Part shown: positions 39,073 to 49,212 of the stretch, in pieces | Layout of the letters: each line of letters starts with the position of its first letter | Numbering within the stretch: the stretch's first letter is position 1 | DNA from: Candidatus Hydrogenedentota bacterium | GTDB taxonomy: Bacteria > Hydrogenedentota > Hydrogenedentia > Hydrogenedentales > SLHB01 | Direction of reading: 5' to 3' | NCBI GenBank assembly: GCA_013359265.1 | Contig: JABWCD010000001.1 | Span: 41,000-104,999 of the forward strand | Length of the DNA stretch: 64,000 bases | Position numbers and translations under genes: made by a program | Notes under the pieces: model-generated | Told to the model about the DNA's origin: nothing | Seen by the model: the letters and a program-made list of their open reading frames with translations, nothing else | The model's database searches: none

Positions 39073-40875
39073 TTACCCGATGGCGACGACGTCCAGCGTG
39101 CCGTCGAGGAAGCCCCGCTTGCACGCCTGGCGCTGCAGTTTGCCGCTGCTCGTCTTGGTAATCGAGCGCGGCGTTATCACACACACTTTGTGCACGCGCA
39201 AGTCGTGGTCGCGCGCGACAGCCTTTCGCACGGCGGCGAACACCGGCGCGGCGCCCTCGGCGTCCACAATGCCGCCAGCCTCCGCGACAACGACGACGTT
39301 TTCGGCGCCATTTTCGTCCACCGGGAACGAAATGACACAACCGGGACGAATCGCCGCGTGCGCTTTTTCGACGGTCTCCTCGATGTCCTGCGGGTAGTGG
39401 TTCGCACCATCCACAATAATGACGTCCTTAATTCGGCCGGTAACGTAAACGTTGCCATTGTGGATGAAGCCAAGATCGCCCGTGCGCAGGAACGGTCCTT
39501 CACTCGTATCGGAAAGGCGCGCGTTGAACACGCGTTCGGTTTCACGTTCGTTGTTATAGTAGCCCTTCGCGACGGTAGGCCCACTGACCCAAATTTCGCC
39601 GACGGTACCGGGCTTGCACTGAATCCCGGTCTCCGAATCAACGATAATCGTGCGCGTCTGCAGGTGCGACGCGCCGCTGGAAACCAACGTCCGCGATCCG
39701 GGCGCGCCGCGCTCCATGACTACGACACGGTGCTTGATCAACTCGGCTGAGGAAACGGTCAGCACATCGGTCTCGAGGTCCGGCCGCGTTCCGCTGACTT
39801 TCAGCGTCGCCTCGGCAAGACCGTAGCCGGATTTGAAGATGCTCCACGAGACGCCGCATTCCCGGAAAGCCTCGACGAACCGTTCCAGCGTTTCGATGCG
39901 GATCGGTTCCGAACCGTTCGCGGCCGCCACCCAGCATGACAGATCGAGCGACGCCTTCTGCTCCGGCGTGACCTTTCGCGCGCACAAGTCGTACGCGAAG
40001 TTGGGCCCCACGCTCCACGTTGCGCGGTATTTCGATATCGCCTGCAGCCACCGCGCGGGATGCTGAAGGAAATCGAGCGGCGACATGACATAGCAGGGCA
40101 GCTTGCGGTAGATCGGAAGCAACAACCCAAAGATCAGACCCATGTCGTGGTACGCAGGCAGCCAGGTGACTTGGCTCGCTTCCGGTTGTTCGGAGTGCCA
40201 GTAGTAGGACATGTCCCACAGGTTGTAGAGCAAGTTTCCGTGCGTGACCATGACGCCCTTCGGGTCCGACGTCGAGCCTGAAGTGTACTGAAGAAACGCC
40301 ACCGCATCAGTGGTCGAGACGGGACCATGCCAATTCGCGGCTTCGGAATCTTGCACGGTATCCACGGCGATCCAATCGAACTTCGCGAAATCCGCATCCT
40401 GCTGCGCCATCATTTCGACGAGCGGCAGCACCATCGACGTGGTTAGCGCGACGTGCGTGTTCGCATCGTTTGCAATCACTTTGAGGCGCGGCAAACTGCG
40501 ATTCAACCGGCTTGGGTCCGGTGGATACACCGGAACGGCAACGACCCCCGCGTAGAGACAGCCGAGAAAAGTCGCGATGTAATCGAGCCCCGGCGGAAAA
40601 ATCAGTAACGCGCGATCGCCGGGAGAACAATGATTCCGCAAGTGCGCGGCGATTGCGCGCGCACGAATATCGAGTTCCTCGTAGGTCAGTCGCGCGCCTT
40701 CGGTCTCACCGTCGTCCAGGTATTGGTAGGCCATACAGGAGGGGTCGCTCTCAGCGCGCGCTCGGACAAACTCGTCGACCGTCTTGGCATGTATGGGAAT
40801 GCCGGCCGCCAACGCGCGCCGTTCCACATCGTCACTCTGCGCGGCCCATGCGGCGACCGCGGATGATTTCGTCAT
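39073..40875 (-). CDS. Fatty acyl-AMP ligase (FAAL)
   Basis: YTSGSTSDPKG, WLPAYHDMGL, YGLAEATL, RTGDLG, NHYPQDIE, KTSSGK. Confidence 0.95.
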   Translation of the reverse strand: MTKSSAVAAWAAQSDDVERRALAAGIPIHAKTVDEFVRARAESDPSCMAYQYLDDGETEGARLTYEELDIRARAIAAHLRNHCSPGDRALLIFPPGLDYIATFLGCLYAGVVAVPVYPPDPSRLNRSLPRLKVIANDANTHVALTTSMVLPLVEMMAQQDADFAKFDWIAVDTVQDSEAANWHGPVSTTDAVAFLQYTSGSTSDPKGVMVTHGNLLYNLWDMSYYWHSEQPEASQVTWLPAYHDMGLIFGLLLPIYRKLPCYVMSPLDFLQHPARWLQAISKYRATWSVGPNFAYDLCARKVTPEQKASLDLSCWVAAANGSEPIRIETLERFVEAFRECGVSWSIFKSGYGLAEATLKVSGTRPDLETDVLTVSSAELIKHRVVVMERGAPGSRTLVSSGASHLQTRTIIVDSETGIQCKPGTVGEIWVSGPTVAKGYYNNERETERVFNARLSDTSEGPFLRTGDLGFIHNGNVYVTGRIKDVIIVDGANHYPQDIEETVEKAHAAIRPGCVISFPVDENGAENVVVVAEAGGIVDAEGAAPVFAAVRKAVARDHDLRVHKVCVITPRSITKTSSGKLQRQACKRGFLDGTLDVVAIG

Positions 40876-41154
40876 CGCAGAATTCTCCAGACCCTAATAT
40901 GGAATCGCCCGGTGCGGAACATGCGCTCGGCAAACCCCACACGCAGACTTTGACCACGCGACAATGAGGGCGGTTGCACGGCGTCCACACGTCCTGTGGG
41001 CGCGCCGCTTCGACCCTGCCACCCCTAACCTCGCACCGCGTATGCGGTTACGTAATACGTTGACAACAGCTTACCACGTTCCTCTTAGGAACGCAAAACC
41101 CGGATGTGCATGTTCCCGTAATTGACGGGATTCTGGAGCGACTGGAGGTGTGAC

Positions 41155-41937
41155 GTGCGGCTTCCCATTTACCAGATAGACGCATTTACCGGACAGGTAT
41201 TCGGCGGAAACCCGGCGGCGGTCTGCCCACTGGAGCGGTGGCTTCCCGCAGAGCAAATGCAGGCCATCGCCGCGGAGAACAACCTGGCGGAGACCGCCTA
41301 CTTCGTCAAGGAAGGCGAGGCATTCAGGCTTCGATGGTTTACTCCGACGGTCGAAGTAGACTTGTGTGGACACGCCACGCTCGCAGCAGCGTATGTGCTT
41401 TTCGAGTGCCTTGGCTACTCCGGCGACAGAGTAACGTTTCAATCGCAGAGCGGCCCACTTACCGTTGTTCAACGAGGCGCGTTGCTGGAAATGGATTTCC
41501 CCAGCCGGCCGCCGGAACAGTGTGCCGTTCACCCCGAACTCGTCCCCGCGCTGGGTAAGGACCCAGTATCGGTTACTGCGTCGCGCGATTACCTTTGCGT
41601 GTTCGAGTCCGCGGAGGAGGTGCTTGCCCTCAACCCGGACTTCACCCGGTTGAAACAGATCGATCGCTTCGCCGTCATCGCCACCGCGCCGGGAACCGAT
41701 TGCGATTTCGTCTCCCGTTTCTTTGCCCCAGCACAAGGCGTCGACGAAGACCCCGTAACCGGATCGGCGCACTGCACGCTCGTACCGTACTGGTCAAAGC
41801 GCCTCGGCAAGCGATCGCTTCATGCGCGGCAAGTTTCCCGCCGGGGCGGCGAACTCTTCTGCGAGGACAGGGATGATCGCGTGGCGATTGCGGGAAACGC
41901 AGTCCTGTATATGCGGGGTGAGATTGAGATCGCGTAG
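41155..41937 (+). CDS. PhzF family isomerase/epimerase
   Basis: IDAF...GNPAAV, NLAETA, EVDLCGHATLA, EDPVTGSAH; GTG after GGAGG. Confidence 0.93.
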   Translation: MRLPIYQIDAFTGQVFGGNPAAVCPLERWLPAEQMQAIAAENNLAETAYFVKEGEAFRLRWFTPTVEVDLCGHATLAAAYVLFECLGYSGDRVTFQSQSGPLTVVQRGALLEMDFPSRPPEQCAVHPELVPALGKDPVSVTASRDYLCVFESAEEVLALNPDFTRLKQIDRFAVIATAPGTDCDFVSRFFAPAQGVDEDPVTGSAHCTLVPYWSKRLGKRSLHARQVSRRGGELFCEDRDDRVAIAGNAVLYMRGEIEIA

Positions 41938-41964
41938 GTTGGCTCGCGCGTAGCCCTACCCAGA

Positions 41965-42630
41965 TTATTCGGCTGGACCACACACCGCCGGGATGCCGAT
42001 ATCGGCGACAACCACCCTGCCGAGGTAAGTCCGCGCGTTCGGATTGGTGAAGCCGCACTTTTGAAACTGAAACGTGACCGTTACGTCCGCTCGGATGCAA
42101 TTGCCACAGACCTCGCCCGTATCGGCGTTTAGGCCGGAGGGTAAATCGACCGCGATCGTGCGCACGCCGGGCCACGCATCGATGGCGGCGCGGATGGGGC
42201 CTCTGACCTCACCCTGAGTTCCAGTGCCAAGCAGCGCGTCCACGAGCACCGCGCAGTCGGAGAGTTCGCGAACGGCGTCTGCTGCTTGGTCCTCGGTTTG
42301 CGCGACGCGAATCGCCCCCCCGAGGTTTTGGTAAACGCGCAGGTACGCCGCCGCGTCGCCTACGATCACCGCGGGATCGGCTATTAGAACGACCCGCGTT
42401 TCGAGGCCGGCCAGGAGCGCAAACCGCGCGACCACGAATCCATCGCCGCCGTTGTTGCCCTTGCCGCAGACCACGCCGACCGGGCCACGTTCAATCTCGC
42501 GGAACACCGCGGCGCCCGCGTTATTCATCAGCACTGCACCGGGAATGCCAATCTCTTCTATGCACCTGCGATCAATTTCGCGCATTTCCGCCGCGGTTAC
42601 ATAGCGGACGACTCTTTCGTCCACATTCAT
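41965..42630 (-). CDS. nnrE: NAD(P)H-hydrate epimerase (YjeF N-terminal domain, standalone)
   Basis: MREID, LMNNAG, GKGNNGGDG, VDALLGTG, DLPSG, ADIGIP. Confidence 0.92.
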   Translation of the reverse strand: MNVDERVVRYVTAAEMREIDRRCIEEIGIPGAVLMNNAGAAVFREIERGPVGVVCGKGNNGGDGFVVARFALLAGLETRVVLIADPAVIVGDAAAYLRVYQNLGGAIRVAQTEDQAADAVRELSDCAVLVDALLGTGTQGEVRGPIRAAIDAWPGVRTIAVDLPSGLNADTGEVCGNCIRADVTVTFQFQKCGFTNPNARTYLGRVVVADIGIPAVCGPAE

Positions 42631-43778
42631 TTTGCGACCGGGCGTTCGGCAGTCCGCAGCGACGACGGCATACCAGGGACGTCAATACGGACTTTGGAAT
42701 CGCGGACTGTTTCGCCGTCAACGTCGTACACCCACAGTTTTCGCACGGGGTGGCAGCCGACAACGATATGTTTGCCGTCTTGTGTGAACGCGACACCTTC
42801 GGGTATTGGGCCGGTGGCGAGTATCTGGACTACTTCAAATGTCTTGCCGCGCCGCGCAAGGATGATCAGCTTACCGCCGTCCTCGTGAAACGGCTCGCCC
42901 TTCGGAAGGTTGCTGCCGCCAATGAGTACAGCGGCTATCAGCGTGCCGTCCGGGCTGACCTCGAGGGACTCCGGCCCCCCGCCAATCGGGATGTAGTCGG
43001 TCGTCCGCGGCGGCTCCTGCGTCAGGTCAACGACGGTAATCGCGTCTGTATCCGGGATTCCCTGGCCCGAACCCGCGGTGACTCCGAGCGTGCCGTCCGG
43101 CGTGATAGCGACGCGGTACGGCTTTCCGCAGGTGGACAGCTTTCGCTTGTCCGAGGTCACCATACCCTCGTGGAGGTGAAGCATCGCCAGATATCCGCCA
43201 TTGCACACACTTGCGAGGGCCAACTTGCCGTCAGGACTAATCGCGACGTCCGCGACGTTGTCCTCCGGTTTACACAACTCGATGGTTTGCCTCAGGGTGA
43301 CGGTTTTGCCCTCGATACTGAGCAGTGAAACGGTTCCTCCCGCACGATTGGCGACAAGGGCAAAACGGCCATCGCGAGTAATGGACAGGCCGGACGGCTG
43401 CTTTCCGCCCTCGATCTCCTGGATGACAGACGGCGGATCCGACTGCAAATCAAGCACATAGATGCGGCTGGCGGGCACGTATTTCGATGTGTCGGCAGGG
43501 TCCTGCTGAATCGAGTCCGCGACCAGCGCTATGGATTCGTCCGGCGCGACGGCGACATTTGACGGGGGCCCGATGACGCTGTTGCTGACCCCGGTCACAT
43601 GACGCACCGAAGGGGGAAAAGACGCGAAATCGAGAATGGAAATCGAGTCGGGCGGCGCGCCGGGAATGAATTTTGGGGTGCCCTTGGTCAGGTCCACCTT
43701 GTTTTCGTTTCCGGAGATCATCAACTGACCGTGGGCGCACGTAAGGCACGCCAACGCCGCGAACAGGACCGTCTTCAT
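42627..43778 (-). CDS. Secreted YncE/lactonase-like beta-propeller protein
   Basis: Signal peptide; repeated [AI]SPDG/TPDG/TRDG blade motifs; ATG 43778 after GGAGAGG. Confidence 0.82.
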   Translation of the reverse strand: MKTVLFAALACLTCAHGQLMISGNENKVDLTKGTPKFIPGAPPDSISILDFASFPPSVRHVTGVSNSVIGPPSNVAVAPDESIALVADSIQQDPADTSKYVPASRIYVLDLQSDPPSVIQEIEGGKQPSGLSITRDGRFALVANRAGGTVSLLSIEGKTVTLRQTIELCKPEDNVADVAISPDGKLALASVCNGGYLAMLHLHEGMVTSDKRKLSTCGKPYRVAITPDGTLGVTAGSGQGIPDTDAITVVDLTQEPPRTTDYIPIGGGPESLEVSPDGTLIAAVLIGGSNLPKGEPFHEDGGKLIILARRGKTFEVVQILATGPIPEGVAFTQDGKHIVVGCHPVRKLWVYDVDGETVRDSKVRIDVPGMPSSLRTAERPVAK

Positions 43779-43906
43779 ACACCTCTCCCCTGCGCTGTTT
43801 GGACATGGCACGTCGCCAATGCGCGATAATAGCGCATTGACCGCCACTGAAACAGCTTTGGTTCAGGTGGTTTGAAAGACGCTGGCGAACTGGGCGCGAA
43901 GGACTA

Positions 43907-44089
43907 CTACTTGCCGCAGGTGGGCACCGGGTCCATTTTCCCGGTGCGTTCGCACAGGCTTACCCATTCCTCATCGGACATGGTGTCGTAGGCATCGGAT
44001 TCCAGCGCGAGCCAGCACAATTCCTGCTCGCGAAGCATCGCGTTTGCGTCGTGCCCGCTCTTCTCGGGCTGTGAGGGTTGCTTGACCAT
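43907..44089 (-). CDS. Possible small acidic hypothetical protein
   Basis: 60-codon ORF MVKQPSQ...CGK with protein-like composition; no clear RBS. Confidence 0.35.
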   Translation of the reverse strand: MVKQPSQPEKSGHDANAMLREQELCWLALESDAYDTMSDEEWVSLCERTGKMDPVPTCGK

Positions 44090-44281
44090 AGAACCGATAC
44101 TATAGCAAAAAAGGAAGCGCGGAGCAACGGTCGCGTTGGACGAACAAGTTTCCGTACATTTTCGCACTCGCCTCACTTTCGGGCCTGCCGAACGTGGCGC
44201 GTGACTTTCCGTGCCCACTCCTGTATCCTACGCCCGCACTGTAACGATACGACCAAAATACCCGCTCGGACACCACAATAT

Positions 44282-45313
44282 ATGACCGAATCCATCCCCC
44301 CCCAAGACCCCGAAAGTTCACTCCGTAGCCAATGGAAAGCGCTGGTCGCACGTTACCACCGGCCAAGCCACGGCAGAAGCATCTGGCAACTCGCCAACAC
44401 CATCGTTCCGTATGCACTGGGCCTTGGCCTTATGTATTGGAGCCTGAACATCTCGTACCTCCTGACGCTCGTCTTGGCCGTACCGACGGCTGGGCTGCTT
44501 GTGCGCATTTTCATAATTTCGCACGACTGCGGGCACGGCGCGTACTTCCGGTCGCGCCGCGCAAACGATATCGTGGGCGGTATTACGTCGTTTCTGTGCC
44601 TCACCCCCTACCACTATTGGAAGCACGAGCACGCCGTTCACCATGCCTGTGCGGGCAATCTGGATGAGCGAGGCCGGGGCGACATTTGGACGATGACGGT
44701 GAAGGAATACGCCGCGGCATCCCGCATCAAGCGGCTCGCATACCGCCTGTACCGCAATCCCATCATTTTGTTTGGAATCGGCGCGTTCTCGGTATTCATG
44801 TTCGAGTACCGGGTGCCGCCCAAGAACGGGACCGCCCGCGACAGAAGAAGCGTTTGGCGCACGAACGCGGGCTTGGCCGCCGTCCTCGTGCTGGCGCATT
44901 TCACGATCGGCCTGAAGGCGCTGGCGCTGATACACATGCCGGTGCTCTTACTGGCGGCGGGCGCCGGCGCATGGCTGTTCTATGTGCAGCACCAATTCGA
45001 GGACGTTTACTGGGCGCGGGACAACGAGTGGGACTACGTCGCGGCGTGCATGCAGGGCAGTTCCTACTACAGGCTGCCGCGCGTGTTGCAGTGGTTTACG
45101 GGGAACATCGGCTTTCACCACATCCATCATTTAAGCGCGAAGATTCCAAACTACTTCCTTGAGAAATGCCACAAAGAAAACCCGATTATGCAGCGGGTGC
45201 ACCAATTGTCGTTGTGGTCGAGCCTGCGGTGCATGCGCTTTCGCCTCTGGGACGAGGAAAAGAGACAACTCATCACCTTCGCACAGTACCGGAGGTATGA
45301 CCGCGCCGCCTGA
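44282..45313 (+). CDS. Membrane fatty acid desaturase (Des type)
   Basis: Three His boxes HDCGH, HAVHH, HHIHH; YVQHQFE; IPNY. Confidence 0.93.
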   Translation: MTESIPPQDPESSLRSQWKALVARYHRPSHGRSIWQLANTIVPYALGLGLMYWSLNISYLLTLVLAVPTAGLLVRIFIISHDCGHGAYFRSRRANDIVGGITSFLCLTPYHYWKHEHAVHHACAGNLDERGRGDIWTMTVKEYAAASRIKRLAYRLYRNPIILFGIGAFSVFMFEYRVPPKNGTARDRRSVWRTNAGLAAVLVLAHFTIGLKALALIHMPVLLLAAGAGAWLFYVQHQFEDVYWARDNEWDYVAACMQGSSYYRLPRVLQWFTGNIGFHHIHHLSAKIPNYFLEKCHKENPIMQRVHQLSLWSSLRCMRFRLWDEEKRQLITFAQYRRYDRAA

Positions 45314-45723
45314 AGGCGGGTCCCGCGCCCGGTTCCTACTTGCGGCCCGAAGGTTTGTGGAACGAGAGCGGGGCTTTGCGCGCCGCGGGGATACGCCCCG
45401 CTTTAACCGAGGGGCCGTGCGGCTTTTTCAACAACTCGTCGCCGTGGCGGTCGTTTGCCCACGGAACGTTGTGGGCCGGCTTTACAGTGGAATCGCGTGA
45501 AGCAAGTTTCGCGGCGGCCTTTGCTAGCATCATGGCAGGTGCCTTTCGTTGAAATCGTTTCCAACGTCGGCGCTGATGGCTACATGCCGAGAGCGTCTAC
45601 CCGCATTATACCACGCGCGTATGCTTTCGACCTCGTATCTCCTGTAAACTGACCACGTAGCGTGGCCGAGTGGGGCGAGTCAGCAGCCGCGCAGGACCCC
45701 CAACAGACCTTTAGATTGCGGTA

Positions 45724-48700
45724 ATGGAATATCAACGAAGCACCTATTTCCCCTTCGGGTTCGCCCTGCGCGGCGACGTGTGGCGCCGCTACAACGTAGG
45801 CGAACTTGCCGGTACCGGCGAACAGGACAACAAACCGATCGATACGCGATCGGTGCGGCTCTTCGCGCAGCGCGTCAACGACGACCACGGCGCCCACGCC
45901 GAGTCCGCTCCTCCTCTCGGCGCGGGACAACTGCTCACGCTCGGCGTTCTGACGGAAATCCTCCGCTACCTCATCGACTATTATTGCGTCCGGCAAGTCC
46001 CGGGCGCGATGCAGTCCGCGTTCGCCTTCACGAAGTCCCGCGAAGGCGGACCCGTCGTGGACGAGCCGCCACCCGTGTTTGTCGAAGAATTCCCTCCGCA
46101 ACGCGTGCAGTTGGGCAACGTTCGGCCGGCTGAGTTCTTGGCGTCGACGGAAGAGGACCGCCCCGCACGAGAATTGACCGCGCGGGAAATGGTCTTGCTC
46201 AGTTTGTCGATGTCGAACCCCGCCATGCGCGCCTTCTTTCCATTGTTTGCCGACGACTCGTTGCGCGCCCGCGCGCCGTATGTGCCGCTCGTGGTGAACA
46301 TCGAGCAGTTCTTCAACGGTCAGCCCGAGCTCGATCTCCTGGGCGAGCCGCTTTTCGAATGCTTGCGCGCACCCATGCGCGCCGCGCCCGATTCGCTCGA
46401 AGGCCAACTCGACTTCATCCGCAAGAAATGGGGCCACATCCTTCCATCGGGCCTCGTCGATCGGCTGTTGAAAATTCAGGACATCCTCGGCGAGGAATAC
46501 AAGCATCGTGGCGGCTTCGTTCCCGGCGGCATGGTCGAGGTCATGCGCTTTGGCGCGCGTCCGGGCGAAGGCGCGGACGTCTATCCCGAGTTCGAGCGCT
46601 TTTCCGCGGACGCGGACTGGATGTCGAACGTCGTCATGATCGCCAAGAGCGCGTACGTGTGGCTCGACCAGTTGTCGAAGAAATACAAGCGGCACATTCA
46701 CCGGCTCGATCAGATTCCGGAGGAAGAACTCGATCGATTGGCGCGATGGGGTTTCAACGGGTTGTGGTTGATTGGTCTGTGGGAACGCTCCGAAGCGTCG
46801 GCGACCATCAAGCGAATCATGGGCAATCCGGACGCAGTGTCGTCGGCGTACTCGCTATTCGATTATGACATCGCGCACGACCTCGGCGGGGAGGAAGCCT
46901 ACGCGAATTTGCGCGAACGCGCGCGCGCGCGCGGCATTCGACTGGCGAGCGATATGGTGCCGAATCACATGGGCATGTTCTCGCGGTGGGTGATCGAGCA
47001 TCCGCATTGGTTCATTCAGTTGCCCCACCCGCCATACCCGAATTACTCGTTCAACGGCCCAAACCTGTCGCACGATCCGCGCGTAGGACTGTATATCGAA
47101 GACGGATACTGGACGCATCGCGACGCGGCGGTCGTGTTCAAGCGCGTCGACCATCACACCGGCGAAACGCGCTACATCTACCACGGCAACGATGGCACGA
47201 GTATGCCGTGGAACGATACGGCGCAACTGAACTATCTGATGCCGGAAGTGCGCGAAGCGGTGATCCAGACGATCCTGCACGTCGCAAGGAAGTTCCCAAT
47301 CATCCGGTTCGATGCGGCGATGACGCTTGCCAAGAAACATTTTCAGCGCCTGTGGTACCCGAAGCTGGGCGACGCCGGCGCGATTCCGTCACGCGCCGAG
47401 CATGGCATGAGCCGCCACGAGTTCGATCGCGCGATGCCGGAGGAATTCTGGCGCGAAGTCGTCGACCGCGTGGCGCGCGAGGTTCCGGATACGCTGCTCC
47501 TCGCCGAAGCGTTTTGGCTCATGGAGGGCTACTTCGTCCGCACGCTGGGCATGCACCGCGTGTACAACAGCGCGTTCATGAACATGCTGAAAATGGAGCA
47601 AAACGCAAATTACCGCGCGACTGTGCGAAACGTGCTCGAGTTCAGTCCCGAAATTCTCAAACGGTTCGTGAATTTCATGAACAATCCGGACGAACGCACT
47701 GCTGTCGAGCAATTTGGCAAGGGCGACAAGTACATCGGGTGCTGCCTGCTGATGATCACGATGCCGGGCCTGCCGATGTTCGGGCACGGCCAAATCGAGG
47801 GCTACACCGAAAAATACGGCATGGAATACCGCCGCGCGTACTGGGACGAACACGTGGACGAAGACCTCGTCCGCCGGCACGAACGCGAACTTTTTCCGCT
47901 CATGCATAAGCGATACCTATTCAGCGGGGTCGAGCACTTCGCCTTCTATGATTTCCACACGCCGCACGGACACGTGGACGAGAACGTGTTCGCGTACTCG
48001 AACCGTGCCGGCGGCGAGCGATCGCTGATCTTTTACAACAACGCCTACAGCACGACAGCGGGATGGATCAAGCAATCGACCGGGCTCAACACCGGCCGGG
48101 GCGACGAGGGCCGAATTATCTCGAAGTCGCTCTCCGAATCTCTTGGGCTGCGCCGGGAAGATAATCTTTACTATGCGTTTCGCGATCACCGGGACGGGCT
48201 CGAGTACATTCGGCACTCGAAGCAACTCTGCGACGAGGGCATGTTTGTGAACCTGCACGGATATCAATGGCACGCGTTCATCGATTGGCGCGAAATTGTC
48301 GATACCGACGGTTCCTGGGGCGACCTCGCGTGGCATCTCGAAGGCCGCGGTGTCGGAGACCTTGGGTACGAGCGACGCGCACGTGAACTCGCCCCTGTGC
48401 TGAACTCGTTCAACGCGTACTTCAACGACGGTCAATTGAAATCGTTGTTGGCTACGGCAGCGCCGGATACGGCCGAGACGCAACGCGCCGGCGCAATGCG
48501 CCGGCCCTTGGAGGATTTTCTGCGCGAACTCGGCGCGCGAACTCGCATCCACGATGATGCCGGCGAACTGCTCATGCCTTCGGTACATAGCATTCAATAT
48601 TGGCGCCGCCAGATTGCTGAACACCGGAAACACGCCGGCGCCGGCGAGGAAACGACTGTCGACGTTACGCGCTGGGTCCTCCCGATGGCGTATGCGCTGC

Positions 48701-49209
48701 TGAAACCCGTAAGTGTTGCGGTCGCGCGCGGCGGCGATTTGCACGACGGCGCAGCCTGGCTTGATTCGTGGCTTGTTTCCCGAAACGTCTTGTCGACCTT
48801 GGCCGAAGTATTGGGAGACCAATGGAAAGGCGAGTTGGCCTTCCGCGCATTGCGCGTGGCGCTGCGTTTCGCCGAACATGGACTCCACCGCGTGGACGCG
48901 CCGCCGGCGCTGCTGTCGCAATTCCAGCACATGCTCGATGATCCCGATGCGCAACAGTTTCTTATGTTCAACGAGCACGAGGGCGTTGTCTACTTCAATC
49001 GTGAACAACTGGAGGATTTGCTTCGCGCATTCGGCGACGTTCGCGCACCCGCGTTCGAGCGGATTCACCATGCCGAAGCCCGGGGTGTCGCGCTGGAAGA
49101 GGAACGCGCTGCGCGGCAGGCCCTTCTCGATGCGGCCGCGTTCGGTGGCTATCGCGTTGAGCGGCTGCGGGAGTTCATCGACGAGCAGATTGAAGACGGC
49201 GAGGTTTGA
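45724..49209 (+). CDS. Large alpha-amylase family (GH13) protein
   Basis: DMVPNH, IRFDAAM (nucleophile), LAEAFW (acid/base), NNPDE. Confidence 0.85.
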   Translation: MEYQRSTYFPFGFALRGDVWRRYNVGELAGTGEQDNKPIDTRSVRLFAQRVNDDHGAHAESAPPLGAGQLLTLGVLTEILRYLIDYYCVRQVPGAMQSAFAFTKSREGGPVVDEPPPVFVEEFPPQRVQLGNVRPAEFLASTEEDRPARELTAREMVLLSLSMSNPAMRAFFPLFADDSLRARAPYVPLVVNIEQFFNGQPELDLLGEPLFECLRAPMRAAPDSLEGQLDFIRKKWGHILPSGLVDRLLKIQDILGEEYKHRGGFVPGGMVEVMRFGARPGEGADVYPEFERFSADADWMSNVVMIAKSAYVWLDQLSKKYKRHIHRLDQIPEEELDRLARWGFNGLWLIGLWERSEASATIKRIMGNPDAVSSAYSLFDYDIAHDLGGEEAYANLRERARARGIRLASDMVPNHMGMFSRWVIEHPHWFIQLPHPPYPNYSFNGPNLSHDPRVGLYIEDGYWTHRDAAVVFKRVDHHTGETRYIYHGNDGTSMPWNDTAQLNYLMPEVREAVIQTILHVARKFPIIRFDAAMTLAKKHFQRLWYPKLGDAGAIPSRAEHGMSRHEFDRAMPEEFWREVVDRVAREVPDTLLLAEAFWLMEGYFVRTLGMHRVYNSAFMNMLKMEQNANYRATVRNVLEFSPEILKRFVNFMNNPDERTAVEQFGKGDKYIGCCLLMITMPGLPMFGHGQIEGYTEKYGMEYRRAYWDEHVDEDLVRRHERELFPLMHKRYLFSGVEHFAFYDFHTPHGHVDENVFAYSNRAGGERSLIFYNNAYSTTAGWIKQSTGLNTGRGDEGRIISKSLSESLGLRREDNLYYAFRDHRDGLEYIRHSKQLCDEGMFVNLHGYQWHAFIDWREIVDTDGSWGDLAWHLEGRGVGDLGYERRARELAPVLNSFNAYFNDGQLKSLLATAAPDTAETQRAGAMRRPLEDFLRELGARTRIHDDAGELLMPSVHSIQYWRRQIAEHRKHAGAGEETTVDVTRWVLPMAYALLKPVSVAVARGGDLHDGAAWLDSWLVSRNVLSTLAEVLGDQWKGELAFRALRVALRFAEHGLHRVDAPPALLSQFQHMLDDPDAQQFLMFNEHEGVVYFNREQLEDLLRAFGDVRAPAFERIHHAEARGVALEEERAARQALLDAAAFGGYRVERLREFIDEQIEDGEV

Positions 49210-49212
49210 AAG

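Noticed and set aside
41155..41937. Phenazine biosynthesis
   Set aside because: Lone PhzF-family gene with no other phz genes
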